This document shows positions 38,837-48,324 of a stretch of DNA of 64,000 nucleotides, piece after piece. The notes beneath the pieces were generated by a model. It worked only from the letters and a program-made list of their open reading frames with translations, did no database searches and was not told where the DNA came from. Every line of letters starts with the position of its first letter. Within the stretch, counting starts at the first letter, position 1. Made by a program: the position numbers and the translations under genes. This DNA is from Chloroflexota bacterium (lineage in GTDB: Bacteria; Chloroflexota; UBA6077; CF-72): NCBI GenBank assembly GCA_016191465.1, contig JACPOP010000008.1, positions 26,039-90,038 on the forward strand. The letters are read 5' to 3'.

Positions 38837-39364
38837 TCAGCGCAGGCCCGATTCCTTGAGAGCCCGGTCGATCTCGCGCTTGGACTCGCGCTCACTGATG
38901 GCCTGGCGCTTGTCGTACTGCTTCTTACCTCTGGCAAGCCCGAGCTCCACCTTGATCCGGCCGCGCCGGTCGTATACGCGCAACGGCACGAGGGTGTTGC
39001 CAGACTCACCGGCCCGAGCTGCCAGCCGGCCGATCTCGCGCGTGTGGAGCAGAAGCTTGCGGGCCCGGCGCGGTTCGTGGTTCCAGATGCTGCCCTGCTC
39101 CCACGGGTAGATGTGCGCGTTCCAGAGCCAGATCTCGCCGTTCTGGGCTCGGGCGTAGGCGTCGCGGAGGTCCACGTTTCCGGCGCGAACCGATTTCACC
39201 TCGGTGCCCTGCAAGGCCAGCCCCGCCTCGATGCGTTCCAGGATGGCGTATTCGTGGAGGGCGCGCTTGTTCGAGGCGTAGGTCCGCTCGGGACGCTTCT
39301 CGGGCGCGGCAGCGGCTGAGCCACTGCCGGCCGGCTGGGTGAGAACGGTCTTACCGCGGGCCAT
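38837..39364 (-). CDS. smpB: SsrA-binding protein
   Basis: Full-length SmpB homology (…LHEYAILERIEAGLALQGTEVKSVR…IWLWNAHIYPWEQG…KLLLHTREI…). Confidence 0.9.
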   Translation of the reverse strand: MARGKTVLTQPAGSGSAAAAPEKRPERTYASNKRALHEYAILERIEAGLALQGTEVKSVRAGNVDLRDAYARAQNGEIWLWNAHIYPWEQGSIWNHEPRRARKLLLHTREIGRLAARAGESGNTLVPLRVYDRRGRIKVELGLARGKKQYDKRQAISERESKREIDRALKESGLR

Positions 39365-39520
39365 GGTCCATCCGCCGGGTGCTAGGTGCGGGCATCTGTG
39401 CTCTTACCCGCGACTCTACGCGATAGGGAGGACCGCGGAGCCCGAGAAACCGCACCCTCCTCTCGAGTGCGCGTGTGTGATGGCGCCTGGGGACGCCGGA
39501 GCCCAGGAGTGCAGTGGGAA

Positions 39521-39763
39521 TCAGCAGACCTTCGAGCTCAGGCCGGCATCCTCGCCCAGCTCGCCGGGCGTGCCGACCGGGACATCCCCCTTGCGCTCGG
39601 CCGAGGTGAGCGGATGCCTCTCCGCGCCTACCGAGCCGATGGAGCTGTGCCGAGCATGCTCGGCGTCATGAACGACGTACACGTCTTCCGTGGTGGACGC
39701 CTGCCCCGGCGCCGCGCCCGCGTCGTGCGGCTCGTGCCGGTGGGCGGACGATGAATCTGCCAT
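39521..39763 (-). CDS. Hypothetical small acidic His/Asp/Ser-rich protein (80 aa)
   Basis: ATG at 39761-39763 preceded by CAGGAGGAC (a strong RBS) at 7 nt. Composition is not the GC-driven Arg/Pro type. Lies between the integrase and smpB. No family recognised. Confidence 0.35.
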   Translation of the reverse strand: MADSSSAHRHEPHDAGAAPGQASTTEDVYVVHDAEHARHSSIGSVGAERHPLTSAERKGDVPVGTPGELGEDAGLSSKVC

Positions 39764-39810
39764 GCGGTCCTCCTGCACGCTCCGGCCGTGCAGCCGTCGT
39801 GCCATGCACG

Positions 39811-40863
39811 TCAGCCCAGATCGTGGGACGCCGCCACGCGGTGCTGGGGCAGCTCGGCCACGAGCTCTTCGGCGGTGGCACTGTAGCGGTCGAAGGCGTC
39901 GCGCAGGTGCTGCACCTGGTAGTGGGCGTAGATGCGCTTGGTGGTCTCCGGCGACGAGTGGCCGAGGATGTCCTGGACCTCAGAGAGGCTGGCCCCGCGG
40001 TTGAGCAGGACGCTGGCCTTGGCATGGCGGAAGTGGTGGGTGCTGGCCGGAACGCCAGCCGCCTTGGCGTACTGGCGCACGATGTACCAGATCGATTGTG
40101 GCGAGAGCCGCCACCGCTCGCCGCCGGGGCCGGCCGCTCGGCCACGGCGATTGTCGTGACGAAGGAAGAGCGGCTGCAGCAGGTCGTCACGGGCATTGAC
40201 ATAAGCTCGGATGGCCTCGAGCGTGGCGGCATCGAAGAACACCACCCGCTCCTTGTCGCCTTTGCCAGTGATCAACGCACGGTCGGCCCAGCCGTCGTCC
40301 AGGTCGTGGCGATCGAGCCGCGCCACCTCCTCGCGGCGCATGCCGGTGGTAAACAGGGTGAGGATGAGCGCCTTGTCCCGCAGCACTTCAAGGCGGCTGG
40401 CACCCTTCCGCAGTTGCGGATCGGGCACCGGCAGGCCCGTGACTCCCGTCACGATCAAGGGGATGCGGCGGTTGATCCGCGGCGTCTTATAGCCGCCGCG
40501 GCCCATCGCCTCACGCAGGATGGACTGCATCTGCTCGTAGCTGACACTCGGCGCCAGCAAGGCTCGCCGGGCGAGGAACCGCACGAACGCTCGTGCCGCC
40601 GAGAGGTAGGTGACCACCGTCGCACGATGGCTCCGACCGTGCGCTTTGACCAACCAGGCGTAGAACTCCTCGAGGGAGGTACCGGTGAGCTGCTCGGGGC
40701 GCCAGGTTTCCAGCGGCCCGTGGCGCGCCGTCAGGAAAGCGTTGAACCGGTTGAGACCGGTCGCATAGGTGGCCGTGGTCTTCGGGGACTTCCCCGCCAG
40801 CGAGGTGGCGAACTCCCGTTGCAGGGCGAACAACAGCAGGCTCTCGCGCTCCTCGGCAGGCAC
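39811..40863 (-). CDS. Tyrosine site-specific recombinase / integrase (XerC/XerD-phage integrase family)
   Basis: SAM-like core-binding domain (ESLLLFALQREFATSLAGKSPKTTATYATGLNRF) and catalytic domain with R…HxxR…Y (GMRREEVARL; THHFRHAKAS; RIYAHY). Start uncertain: GTG ~40863 suggested, and the track ORF extends to 41136. Confidence 0.85.
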   Translation of the reverse strand: MPAEERESLLLFALQREFATSLAGKSPKTTATYATGLNRFNAFLTARHGPLETWRPEQLTGTSLEEFYAWLVKAHGRSHRATVVTYLSAARAFVRFLARRALLAPSVSYEQMQSILREAMGRGGYKTPRINRRIPLIVTGVTGLPVPDPQLRKGASRLEVLRDKALILTLFTTGMRREEVARLDRHDLDDGWADRALITGKGDKERVVFFDAATLEAIRAYVNARDDLLQPLFLRHDNRRGRAAGPGGERWRLSPQSIWYIVRQYAKAAGVPASTHHFRHAKASVLLNRGASLSEVQDILGHSSPETTKRIYAHYQVQHLRDAFDRYSATAEELVAELPQHRVAASHDLG

Positions 40864-41020
40864 ATCTCCGATGCTAGGGCGGGTTCTCGCCGAGAGGGGC
40901 AATCCCGAGTTGCGTTTGGAGCACGGTCCGGACCTGTCCGTACACGCTGCGACACCTGGAGTTGGCGAGCAGGTACTCGGCGCCGTGCCATGGCTCGCGC
41001 GATGCCCGCGCAGATTCGGA

Positions 41021-41407
41021 TCAGGCGAGCGGGATGTCCGTCTTCGGGAAGTCATCGCCTTTTGCGAGGAGTGGTTCGCGGGCGATGCGAGCTGCGGCGT
41101 AGGCGAGGCAGTCCCCGAAGTTGAGGCCGGCGGCATGGCGCCCCTCGCCGAAGCGCCACCATGCCGACACAGCCTCCTGCCAGTGCTGAGGCCCGAACTC
41201 GATCACGACGGCGTCCATCGTGGCGACGAGGTGAGCGAGCAGGGCCGACGCATCCAGGCCCATGCGCGACGAGAGCACGAGCCCTGCTTCCACCAGGGTC
41301 GGCGCACCCACCGCAACGGTGTGCGCGGTGCTGATCCGGGCGATGAAGGTATCCCGCTCGGGTTCATCCAGCATGATCGCCACGAGCACGGACGTATCCA
41401 GGATCAC
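41021..41407 (-). CDS. vapC: PIN-domain ribonuclease toxin VapC (copy 1)
   Basis: PIN acidic residues (VILDTSVLVA…; …NFGDCLAYAAA…). GTG start overlaps the vapB stop by 4 nt (GTGA). Confidence 0.8.
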   Translation of the reverse strand: MILDTSVLVAIMLDEPERDTFIARISTAHTVAVGAPTLVEAGLVLSSRMGLDASALLAHLVATMDAVVIEFGPQHWQEAVSAWWRFGEGRHAAGLNFGDCLAYAAARIAREPLLAKGDDFPKTDIPLA

Positions 41408-41676
41408 ACGCCCTCCGGACCGTAGCCGAGTATCTCCTCCACCTGTTCCTTCGTGGTCGTGCCACCACGGCATCCCACGGGGAGGCGTGGCCAGACGTCC
41501 CTCTCGAGGAATTGGATGAGCCGAGCGCCTCGGTCGCGCTCGCCGTTCCGGAGGAGCAGCCGCTGCTTGCGCTCGTGAAGCGCCCGCCGGATTGCACCAG
41601 TCTTCGATTCGCCCGTGAGGGCCGCAACCTCCCTGGCGAGCCGCTCAGTCTCGGGATCCTTGATATTCAGCGCCAT
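41404..41676 (-). CDS. vapB: Antitoxin VapB (Rv0623/PSK-like), copy 1
   Basis: MALNIKDPETERLAREVAALTGESKTGAIRRALHERKQRLLL… 90 aa from ATG 41674-41676, immediately upstream of the PIN gene. Confidence 0.75.
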   Translation of the reverse strand: MALNIKDPETERLAREVAALTGESKTGAIRRALHERKQRLLLRNGERDRGARLIQFLERDVWPRLPVGCRGGTTTKEQVEEILGYGPEGV

Positions 41677-42095
41677 GGTGTAATCATAGCTAGATGGTGT
41701 ATGGGGCGGTATCCGACCGAACGCCAGGCGCTCTGGCGCGACCTGTTCTGGCGAGAACACCCGTCGCGGCACGCTGGCATGGCCAGAGCGCGACCTGGGG
41801 CAACCCGCACCAGGCGCGGCTCTCGGCGCGCATTGGCGCGGCCCGCACCGCGTGTGCCGAGGAGGAGGCGCCTGCAACTCCGGAGCTACCGCCACACCGA
41901 TTTTATGCGACCTAATGCACGTTAGTTCTTATAAACTGACTTCGGTGGAAGTTCCTTCCACCGGTACTGACCATCGGCACCTTGGCTCAAGGCGATGGGA
42001 GCGTCTCCGGACGCTCGCGCGATGCGAGCTGCTGTCGCCGGTGCCACCGCTGGGCTCTTCAACTTCAGCCCTTGAGCTACAGCCGGCTTCAGCTG

Positions 42096-42161
42096 CACCG
42101 AGCAAGCGAAGAGCCCCGATTCAGAAGTCACTCTGAATCGGGGCTCTTCGCTTGCTCGGTG
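42096..42161. terminator. 66-bp perfect hairpin (30-bp stem, 6-nt loop) downstream of gdh
   Basis: caccgagcaagcgaagagccccgattcaga-agtcac-tctgaatcggggctcttcgcttgctcggtg read directly. Lies ~45 nt after the gdh stop. A second 9-bp-stem hairpin lies at 41943-41963. Confidence 0.5.
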
Positions 42162-42203
42162 AGAACGTGGCGCGTCCGCGTGGAGCGCCTCTGCGCTAGG
42201 CGG

Positions 42204-43568
42204 TCAGGGATAGATACCGCGCGTGAGCGTTGCTTCGGCGACCCGCTGGACGGCCAGCATGTACGCCGCCAGGCGTAGATCGACCGTGTGCTCGGCGCCC
42301 ATCCGTTGGACTTCGTCAAAGGCGCGCAGCAGGGCCCGGCGCAGACGGGCATTGATCTCTTCGATGGTCCAGAAGAACTCCTCGCGGTCCTGGACCCATT
42401 CGAAGTAGCTCACGGTCACACCGCCGGCGTTTGCCAGGATGTCCGGGATCACCAGGGTGCCATTGGCGCGGAGGATGTCGTCGGCCTCGGGCGTGGTTGG
42501 CCCATTGGCTCCTTCGGCCACGATCCGTGCCCTGATTTGGGGCGCGTTCTCCGCCGTGATCATGCCTTCAAGCGCCGCTGGAACCAGGATGTCGCAGTCG
42601 AGCTCCAGGAGATCCGCGTTCGAGATTGTCTGGGTGCGGGGCGCGCCCACGACCGAGCCGGTCTCCTGCTTATGTCGAGTCAGGGTCGCGAGGTCCAGCC
42701 CGTCCCCGTTGAACACGCCGCCCCGCGAATCGGAGACGGCGACGACCCGCGCACCGACCTCGTGCAAGAACCGGGCGCTGCTGGCGCCGACGTTACCGAA
42801 GCCCTGAATCGCTGCCCGCGCGTCATCAAGATCCAGGTCCAGCATCTTGGCGGCCTCCTGGATCAGGTACACCACGCCCCGGCCGGTGGCGTCTGCCCGC
42901 CCCTCGCTGCCGCCAATACTCAGCGGCTTGCCGGTCACGACTCCGGGCACCGAGTGGCCGCGATGCATCGAGTACGTATCCATCACCCAGGCCATCACCT
43001 GTGGGTTCGTGTTGACGTCGGGGGCGGGAATATCTGAGTCGGGTCCCAGCATGTCCGCGATGTCGGTCACGTAGCGGCGGGTCATGCGCTCCAGCTCGCG
43101 GGGGGACATCGCCGCGGGGTCGCACGTCACGCCGCCCTTGGCGCCGCCGAATGGGATCTTCACAGCTGCGCACTTCCACGTCATCCACATGGCGAGGGCG
43201 CGCACGTCGTCCAGGTTCAGGCTGGGGTGGTAGCGCAGCCCGCCCTTGGCGGGGCCCCGGACCACGTTGTGCCACACGCGGTACCCGTGGAACACGCGCG
43301 TCTCGCCGTTGTCCATCTGCACCGGGAAATGCACCGTCACTTCGCGCTTGGCGTGGCGAAGTACTTCCCGAACGCCCGGCGACAGATTCAGCTTGTCCGC
43401 GGCTCTGTCGTACTGGCGCTGGGCAACGTCCCACGCGGAGACTGACGGGGGAGTGGACGGCTGGGCGGAGCTCGGGACGTCGGGTGCGGAACGGGTGGGC
43501 GCCATAAGAGGAACGTACTTCCTTCGTTCGTCGTTCGTTCGCGCCGCGCGCGAGCTCCTGGAAATCAC
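42204..43568 (-). CDS. gdhA: NAD(P)-specific glutamate dehydrogenase
   Basis: Glu/Leu/Phe/Val dehydrogenase signature …KCAAVKIPFGGAKGGV… and Rossmann domain. Start possibly the downstream ATG at 43505. Confidence 0.9.
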   Translation of the reverse strand: MISRSSRAARTNDERRKYVPLMAPTRSAPDVPSSAQPSTPPSVSAWDVAQRQYDRAADKLNLSPGVREVLRHAKREVTVHFPVQMDNGETRVFHGYRVWHNVVRGPAKGGLRYHPSLNLDDVRALAMWMTWKCAAVKIPFGGAKGGVTCDPAAMSPRELERMTRRYVTDIADMLGPDSDIPAPDVNTNPQVMAWVMDTYSMHRGHSVPGVVTGKPLSIGGSEGRADATGRGVVYLIQEAAKMLDLDLDDARAAIQGFGNVGASSARFLHEVGARVVAVSDSRGGVFNGDGLDLATLTRHKQETGSVVGAPRTQTISNADLLELDCDILVPAALEGMITAENAPQIRARIVAEGANGPTTPEADDILRANGTLVIPDILANAGGVTVSYFEWVQDREEFFWTIEEINARLRRALLRAFDEVQRMGAEHTVDLRLAAYMLAVQRVAEATLTRGIYP

Positions 43569-43764
43569 TCCGCCGGCCGGTCTGGTGATCGAAGGGCGGG
43601 ATAAAATCGTGGTCGGTTCGGGCCGTCAGACCCCCACGGGGTAGGCGCCCGCCGGATTCTAGACCCGTGTGTTCCCCAAGCCGCAACTACGGCCCATGCA
43701 CAAAGCGAGATCGACGCCTCGCCGTGCCCGAGCCGCGCATTCACGGCAGTCACCGCGGCGGGGG

Positions 43765-45057
43765 CTAGCGGAACGCGAACGTCTTGAACCGGGGCGCGAT
43801 ACGCGCCGGCAGCGTGCCACGGATCACGGTGCCGTGCTCCGTGTGGCGCTCACTGTGCACCGTGCCGCGCCGGTGGAAAAGGTCCACCAACTGGGTCTCC
43901 GTGTACGGAATGCGCACCCGCACCTCCTCAAACTCGCGCTGCAACATCACCTCGACGCGTTCCGCAAGCTCGTCCAGGTTCCAATCCCTGGCTGCCGAGA
44001 CCACCACCGAGTCCGCCGCGCGGGCATCCGTCAGCGTTGCTTCCAGCTCCTCTCGTGAAGCGGCGAGCAGGTCTGCTTTGTTCAAAACGTTCAGCACCGG
44101 GGTCTCGCCAACGCCCAGCTCGCCGAGCACCTCCCGCACGATGCTCGCCCGCTCCTCCGCACGCCGCGAGGTTATGTCGACCACGTGCAGCAAGAGATTG
44201 GCTTCCTCAAGCTCCTCAAGCGTGGCACGGAACGCCGCTACGAGCCCCGTCGGCAGCTTGGCAATGAAGCCGACAGTGTCGGAGAGCAACACTTCCATCC
44301 CACCCGGCAGGCTCACGCGGCGCGTGAGCGGGTCCAGCGTGGCGAACAACTTGTCCTCCGCCACCGCTTCGGCTCGGCTGAGCGCGTTGAACAGAGTACT
44401 CTTGCCGGCGTTGGTGTAGCCCACCAGCGCCACGACCGGCATTCCGACTCTGCGGCGTGCGGAGCGCTGGGCCGATCGATGCTTGCGAATCCCTTCGATC
44501 TCCTCGCGCAGCGCCGAAATACGGGCGCGGATCAGGCGACGGTCAATTTCGATCTGGGTCTCGCCAGGGCCCCCGCGGAGGCCGATACCGCCACCCTGGC
44601 GCTCCAGGTGGGACCAGGCACGGGTGAGGCGGGGTAGCACGTATTCGAGCCGCGCCAGGTCCACCTGGACCCGGCCCTCGCGCGTCCGGGCGCGCTGGGC
44701 GAAGATGTCCAGGATGAGCAATGTCCGGTCGACCACACGCGTGCCGAGCGCCTCCTCGATCACCTTGCCGGCGCTCGGGGGGAGCTCGTCGTCCACGATG
44801 ACGACGTCCGCGTCCGCCGCCTTCAGCTCCTGGGCGGCCTCTTCCAGCTTGCCCTTGCCGAAGTAGCTCCGCGGATCGGGCTTCTCCAGCCGCTGCGACA
44901 TTCGGCCTACCACCGTTGCCCCGGCCGTCCGGGTGAGCTCTTCGAGCTCGTCGAGCGATTCGCCGACCGTCCAGGCCGTGCCCCTGGTTTCCACGGCAAG
45001 CAGGTACGCCCGCTCGGGCTGCTGGACGCGGTCGTTTGAGGTGGAGCTAGTGCGCAC
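43765..45057 (-). CDS. hflX: GTPase HflX
   Basis: HflX N-domain (RTLLILDIFAQRARTREGRVQVDLARLEY…RQGGGIGLRGGPGETQIEIDRR) and G-domain (GYTNAGKSTLFN; DTVGFI; NKADL). GTG start near 45057 is inferred. The upstream ORF extension is Arg/Gly-rich. Confidence 0.85.
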   Translation of the reverse strand: MRTSSTSNDRVQQPERAYLLAVETRGTAWTVGESLDELEELTRTAGATVVGRMSQRLEKPDPRSYFGKGKLEEAAQELKAADADVVIVDDELPPSAGKVIEEALGTRVVDRTLLILDIFAQRARTREGRVQVDLARLEYVLPRLTRAWSHLERQGGGIGLRGGPGETQIEIDRRLIRARISALREEIEGIRKHRSAQRSARRRVGMPVVALVGYTNAGKSTLFNALSRAEAVAEDKLFATLDPLTRRVSLPGGMEVLLSDTVGFIAKLPTGLVAAFRATLEELEEANLLLHVVDITSRRAEERASIVREVLGELGVGETPVLNVLNKADLLAASREELEATLTDARAADSVVVSAARDWNLDELAERVEVMLQREFEEVRVRIPYTETQLVDLFHRRGTVHSERHTEHGTVIRGTLPARIAPRFKTFAFR

Positions 45058-45137
45058 GGCTGCTCGTGGGACGCTCGATGGGGAAATGATAGGCACTGCC
45101 CGTGCCGCGGCCCGTCCATTGTGGCGCCCGCCCCGGG

Positions 45138-46292
45138 CTATTGGCTGGAATGAAGCGCCTCGTTCAGCACAACCCGATTCTTCTTCGCCAGCACCTCGAC
45201 GGCCCCGGTCTGGCTGTTGCGTCGAAAGAGGAGGCCCGGCTGGCCGCTCAACTCGGCCGCCTTGACCACCCGTCCATCCGGCAGGGCCACCCGTGTGCCG
45301 GCGGTGACATACAGGCCCGCTTCCACGGTGCAATCGTCTGCCAACGAGATGCCGATCCCGGCGTTCGCGCCAATGAGGCACCGCTCCCCAACTCGGATGA
45401 CTTCCTTTCCGCCACCCGAGAGGGTGCCCATGATGGATGCGCCGCCGCCAACGTCAGTGCCGTTCCCAACCACCACTCCTGCCGAGATGCGGCCCTCGAC
45501 CATGGAGGTGCCGAGGGTACCGGCGTTGTAGTTGACGAACCCCTCGTGCATCACCGTTGTGCCTTCCGCGAGGTGCGCGCCGAGGCGCACGCGATCGGCG
45601 TCGGCGATGCGCACGCCGGTCGGCACCACGTAGTCCGTCATGCGCGGGAACCTGTCGATGCTGTGAACGCGCACCTCGTGGCCGGCGGCGCGCAGGTCGG
45701 CTCGCTGAAACTCAAAGTCCTCCGGCTCGAACGGGCCGAGATTGGTCCAGACCACGTTGCTCAACAGCCCGAAAGCGCCCGCGAGGTTTAGCCCATGCGG
45801 CCGGACCTTGCGGTGCGAGAGCAAGTGCAGGCGAAGATACATGTCGTGGGCATCGACGGCCTTCTCGGCGAGATCGGCAATGAACGTGACCACCGCTGCC
45901 GTGGCACGTCCGTCCGTGGGCTGTGCCTGCTGGAGGACGCCCCGCCCGGCCTTGAGCGCGCGAATGTTCGGGTGGGGACCGGGAGCCGCCTGGGGCACAG
46001 GCTCAAAGGTGCTGAGCAGCTCCTCGATCTGCGGAAGGTCCAGCGGATAGGTTGCCGAGCCCGACCGGTGGCCGACAGCTTCAGCCAGGAGTGCCGCGGC
46101 GCGGAGACCCTCCGCGAGATTCGGCGCCGGGTAATAAGCGTCCAGCACCCTGCGGGCGCCACCTTCTGCCTCGGCCCTCGCTGTGCCGTAGGTTGCGATG
46201 CCGACCGCGAACGCCGCCGGCGGCTGGTAGTCGGCGCGCGCCTCCGCGCGCGCAACTCGGGTCAGGAACGCTTCCATCGTGCGGTTCGCCAT
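45138..46292 (-). CDS. dapD: 2,3,4,5-tetrahydropyridine-2,6-dicarboxylate N-succinyltransferase (actinobacterial-type DapD with left-handed beta-helix)
   Basis: Hexapeptide-repeat region …GVRIADADRVRLGAHLAEGTTVMHEGFVNYNAGTLGTSMVEGRISAGVVVGNGTDVGGGASIMGTLSGGGKEVI… characteristic of this DapD class. ATG at 46290-46292. Confidence 0.85.
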   Translation of the reverse strand: MANRTMEAFLTRVARAEARADYQPPAAFAVGIATYGTARAEAEGGARRVLDAYYPAPNLAEGLRAAALLAEAVGHRSGSATYPLDLPQIEELLSTFEPVPQAAPGPHPNIRALKAGRGVLQQAQPTDGRATAAVVTFIADLAEKAVDAHDMYLRLHLLSHRKVRPHGLNLAGAFGLLSNVVWTNLGPFEPEDFEFQRADLRAAGHEVRVHSIDRFPRMTDYVVPTGVRIADADRVRLGAHLAEGTTVMHEGFVNYNAGTLGTSMVEGRISAGVVVGNGTDVGGGASIMGTLSGGGKEVIRVGERCLIGANAGIGISLADDCTVEAGLYVTAGTRVALPDGRVVKAAELSGQPGLLFRRNSQTGAVEVLAKKNRVVLNEALHSSQ

Positions 46293-46318
46293 GCTCGTGC
46301 CGTGTTCCTCTCCGTGCG

Positions 46319-47473
46319 TCAGAACGAGAACTCGATCGCGTCCCAGACGGAAAGCGCCCGGTCGATGCTGGTCATCGTCGGGACCAGCGCCACCCGGAAG
46401 TAGCCTTCGCCGCCCGGGCCGAAGGACTCGCCAGGACTGACGACGATGCCGTGTTCCAGTAGCCGTCGGAAGAATGACTGGGGATCCCGAGACGGCACGC
46501 GCACCCACAGGTAGATCGCCCCCTCGCTACCCGACATCTCATAGCCCTTGCTCCGAAGGAACTGCGCCATGCGGTCGCGTTTGGCGCGGAACAGCGCCCG
46601 ACGTTCGGCCACGTGGGCGTCGTCGCGCCAGGCCGCGGCGGCGGCCGCCTGCACGAAGTTTGGTGAGCCAACCCCCATGTTGGGCCGGGTGCGCTTGAGC
46701 GCCGCGATCGCCGTTGGATCGCCGGCGATGTAGCCGCTGCGGTAGCCGGTCATCCCCGAGCGCTTTGAGAGCGATCCAAACGCCAGGACCCCCTGCCGCG
46801 CGACCTGGAGCACGCTCGGCGGCGGGCTGCTCTCGTCGAAATACAGGTCCAAGTAACACTCGTCCGCGCACACCAGGATGTCGTGCGTGCGCGCTATCTC
46901 GATCTGCTCGCGCAGGTACGTCTTGTCCACGCTCGCGCCGGTGGGGTTGTGTGGATAGTTCAACCACACAATCCGCGCCTGGGCAAGCACCTCGTCTGGC
47001 AAGCTGCCCAGGTCCAACCGATACCCGTTGGCTTCTCTCAGCGCCACCGGGTATTCGACGCCCTGCGCGTAGCGGGTTCCGGAGTCATAGACAGGGTAGC
47101 TGGGCGTTGGGTAGACCACCATGCGCCGGGCATCGGTGGGCCGCAGAAGCGCCAGGGGGAGATGAAAGATTGCCTCCTTCGACCCGTTGGCGGGGATCAC
47201 TTCGGTGGCGGGGTCGAGGCTTACTCCCAGGCGGCGCTTTGCCCAGCCGGCGACGGCCTCGCGGAGCAGCGGCTGACCGACCACGGTGGGGTACCGCGAC
47301 ACCGGATCGAGCGCCTGGATCAGCGCCTGGCGGATGAACTCCGGCGTCGGCTCGATCGGATCGCCAACACCGAAGTCGAAGACTTCCTGGCCGCGCTCTG
47401 TCAGACGTTGCTTGGCTTCGTCCAGAACGGTGGTGAAGTAGGCGCCACTCGACGGTGCCGCGGGCGTGGACAT
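46319..47473 (-). CDS. Class I PLP-dependent aminotransferase, probably N-succinyldiaminopimelate aminotransferase (DapC-like) by context
   Basis: PLP-lysine region …AFGSLSKRSGMTGYRSGYIAG… and aminotransferase I/II fold. Flanked by dapD and dapF. Confidence 0.8.
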   Translation of the reverse strand: MSTPAAPSSGAYFTTVLDEAKQRLTERGQEVFDFGVGDPIEPTPEFIRQALIQALDPVSRYPTVVGQPLLREAVAGWAKRRLGVSLDPATEVIPANGSKEAIFHLPLALLRPTDARRMVVYPTPSYPVYDSGTRYAQGVEYPVALREANGYRLDLGSLPDEVLAQARIVWLNYPHNPTGASVDKTYLREQIEIARTHDILVCADECYLDLYFDESSPPPSVLQVARQGVLAFGSLSKRSGMTGYRSGYIAGDPTAIAALKRTRPNMGVGSPNFVQAAAAAAWRDDAHVAERRALFRAKRDRMAQFLRSKGYEMSGSEGAIYLWVRVPSRDPQSFFRRLLEHGIVVSPGESFGPGGEGYFRVALVPTMTSIDRALSVWDAIEFSF

Positions 47474-47487
47474 ACGTGCGACTGATC

Positions 47488-48324
47488 CTACACAGGCCCC
47501 AGCCGGCGAAGGAGATCGCCCTCGACTGCCGCCGTATAGACCGCCTCGGCCGGGCCGCGCATCCACACGTGCCCGTCTTCGGCAAGCCGAATAGCCAGGT
47601 CCCCCCCGGGCATACGGATCTGCACGGTCCTGCCCGTCAGTCCCAGGTGATGGCAGGCCACCGCCACCGCGCACGCCGACGAGCCAGAAGCCATCGTTTC
47701 ACCCGCGCCACGTTCCCAGATCAATGCCTCCACCGTGTTGTGTGAAGTCGGACACACGAGCTGCACGTTGGTTCGATTCGGAAATGAGGCGTGTGTCTCG
47801 ATCGCCGGCCCCAGGCGTCGAAGATCTTCCGGGTCCAGGCGCTGGCGCGGCACCACGCAGTGCGGGTTTCCGATGGAGAGCGCCACTACATCCAGCCGCT
47901 CGCCGAGCACATCGATCCGCGTGAGGTCGCTGCGTACTGTCGCGAGGCCCATGTCCACTGTCACCGCGGCCGGCGCGTCTCGAGGCCGCTCGATCTCGAT
48001 GCCCACGACGCCCCCGCGTGTCCAGACCCGGAACGATCCCGCAGCGATTCGGGCGGTGTCTACAAGCCAGGCCGCGAAGATGCGGAGCCCATTGCCGCTC
48101 TTCTCCGCCTCGGATCCATCCGGGTTCAGGATGCGAAGTCCCACGTCGGCGCCATCCGCGCCCGGGCACAGTAGCAGCACGCCATCGGCGCCGAGCCCCA
48201 GGTTGCGGTGGCACAGCAGCCGCACCCGCTCCGGCGTCAGCTCGAACGGGATCTCGTCGGGGTCGCAGACCAGGTAGTCATTGCCGAGCCCGTGGTATTT
48301 CGCCAGTCGGGCAGAGCCGGTCAC
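47488..48324 (-). CDS. dapF: Diaminopimelate epimerase
   Basis: AKYHGLGNDYLV…SGNGLRIFAAWL… and second catalytic Cys region. GTG start overlaps the upstream ADH stop (GTGA). Confidence 0.85.
   Translation of the reverse strand: MTGSARLAKYHGLGNDYLVCDPDEIPFELTPERVRLLCHRNLGLGADGVLLLCPGADGADVGLRILNPDGSEAEKSGNGLRIFAAWLVDTARIAAGSFRVWTRGGVVGIEIERPRDAPAAVTVDMGLATVRSDLTRIDVLGERLDVVALSIGNPHCVVPRQRLDPEDLRRLGPAIETHASFPNRTNVQLVCPTSHNTVEALIWERGAGETMASGSSACAVAVACHHLGLTGRTVQIRMPGGDLAIRLAEDGHVWMRGPAEAVYTAAVEGDLLRRLGPV

Noticed and set aside
41677-41900. Repeated gcgcgacctg / ccaggcgc motifs upstream of vapB-1 as a possible small repeat array or CRISPR-like feature
   Set aside because: Only 2-3 imperfect copies with irregular spacing and no constant-length spacers. 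More consistent with antitoxin operator half-sites. No cas genes in the window.
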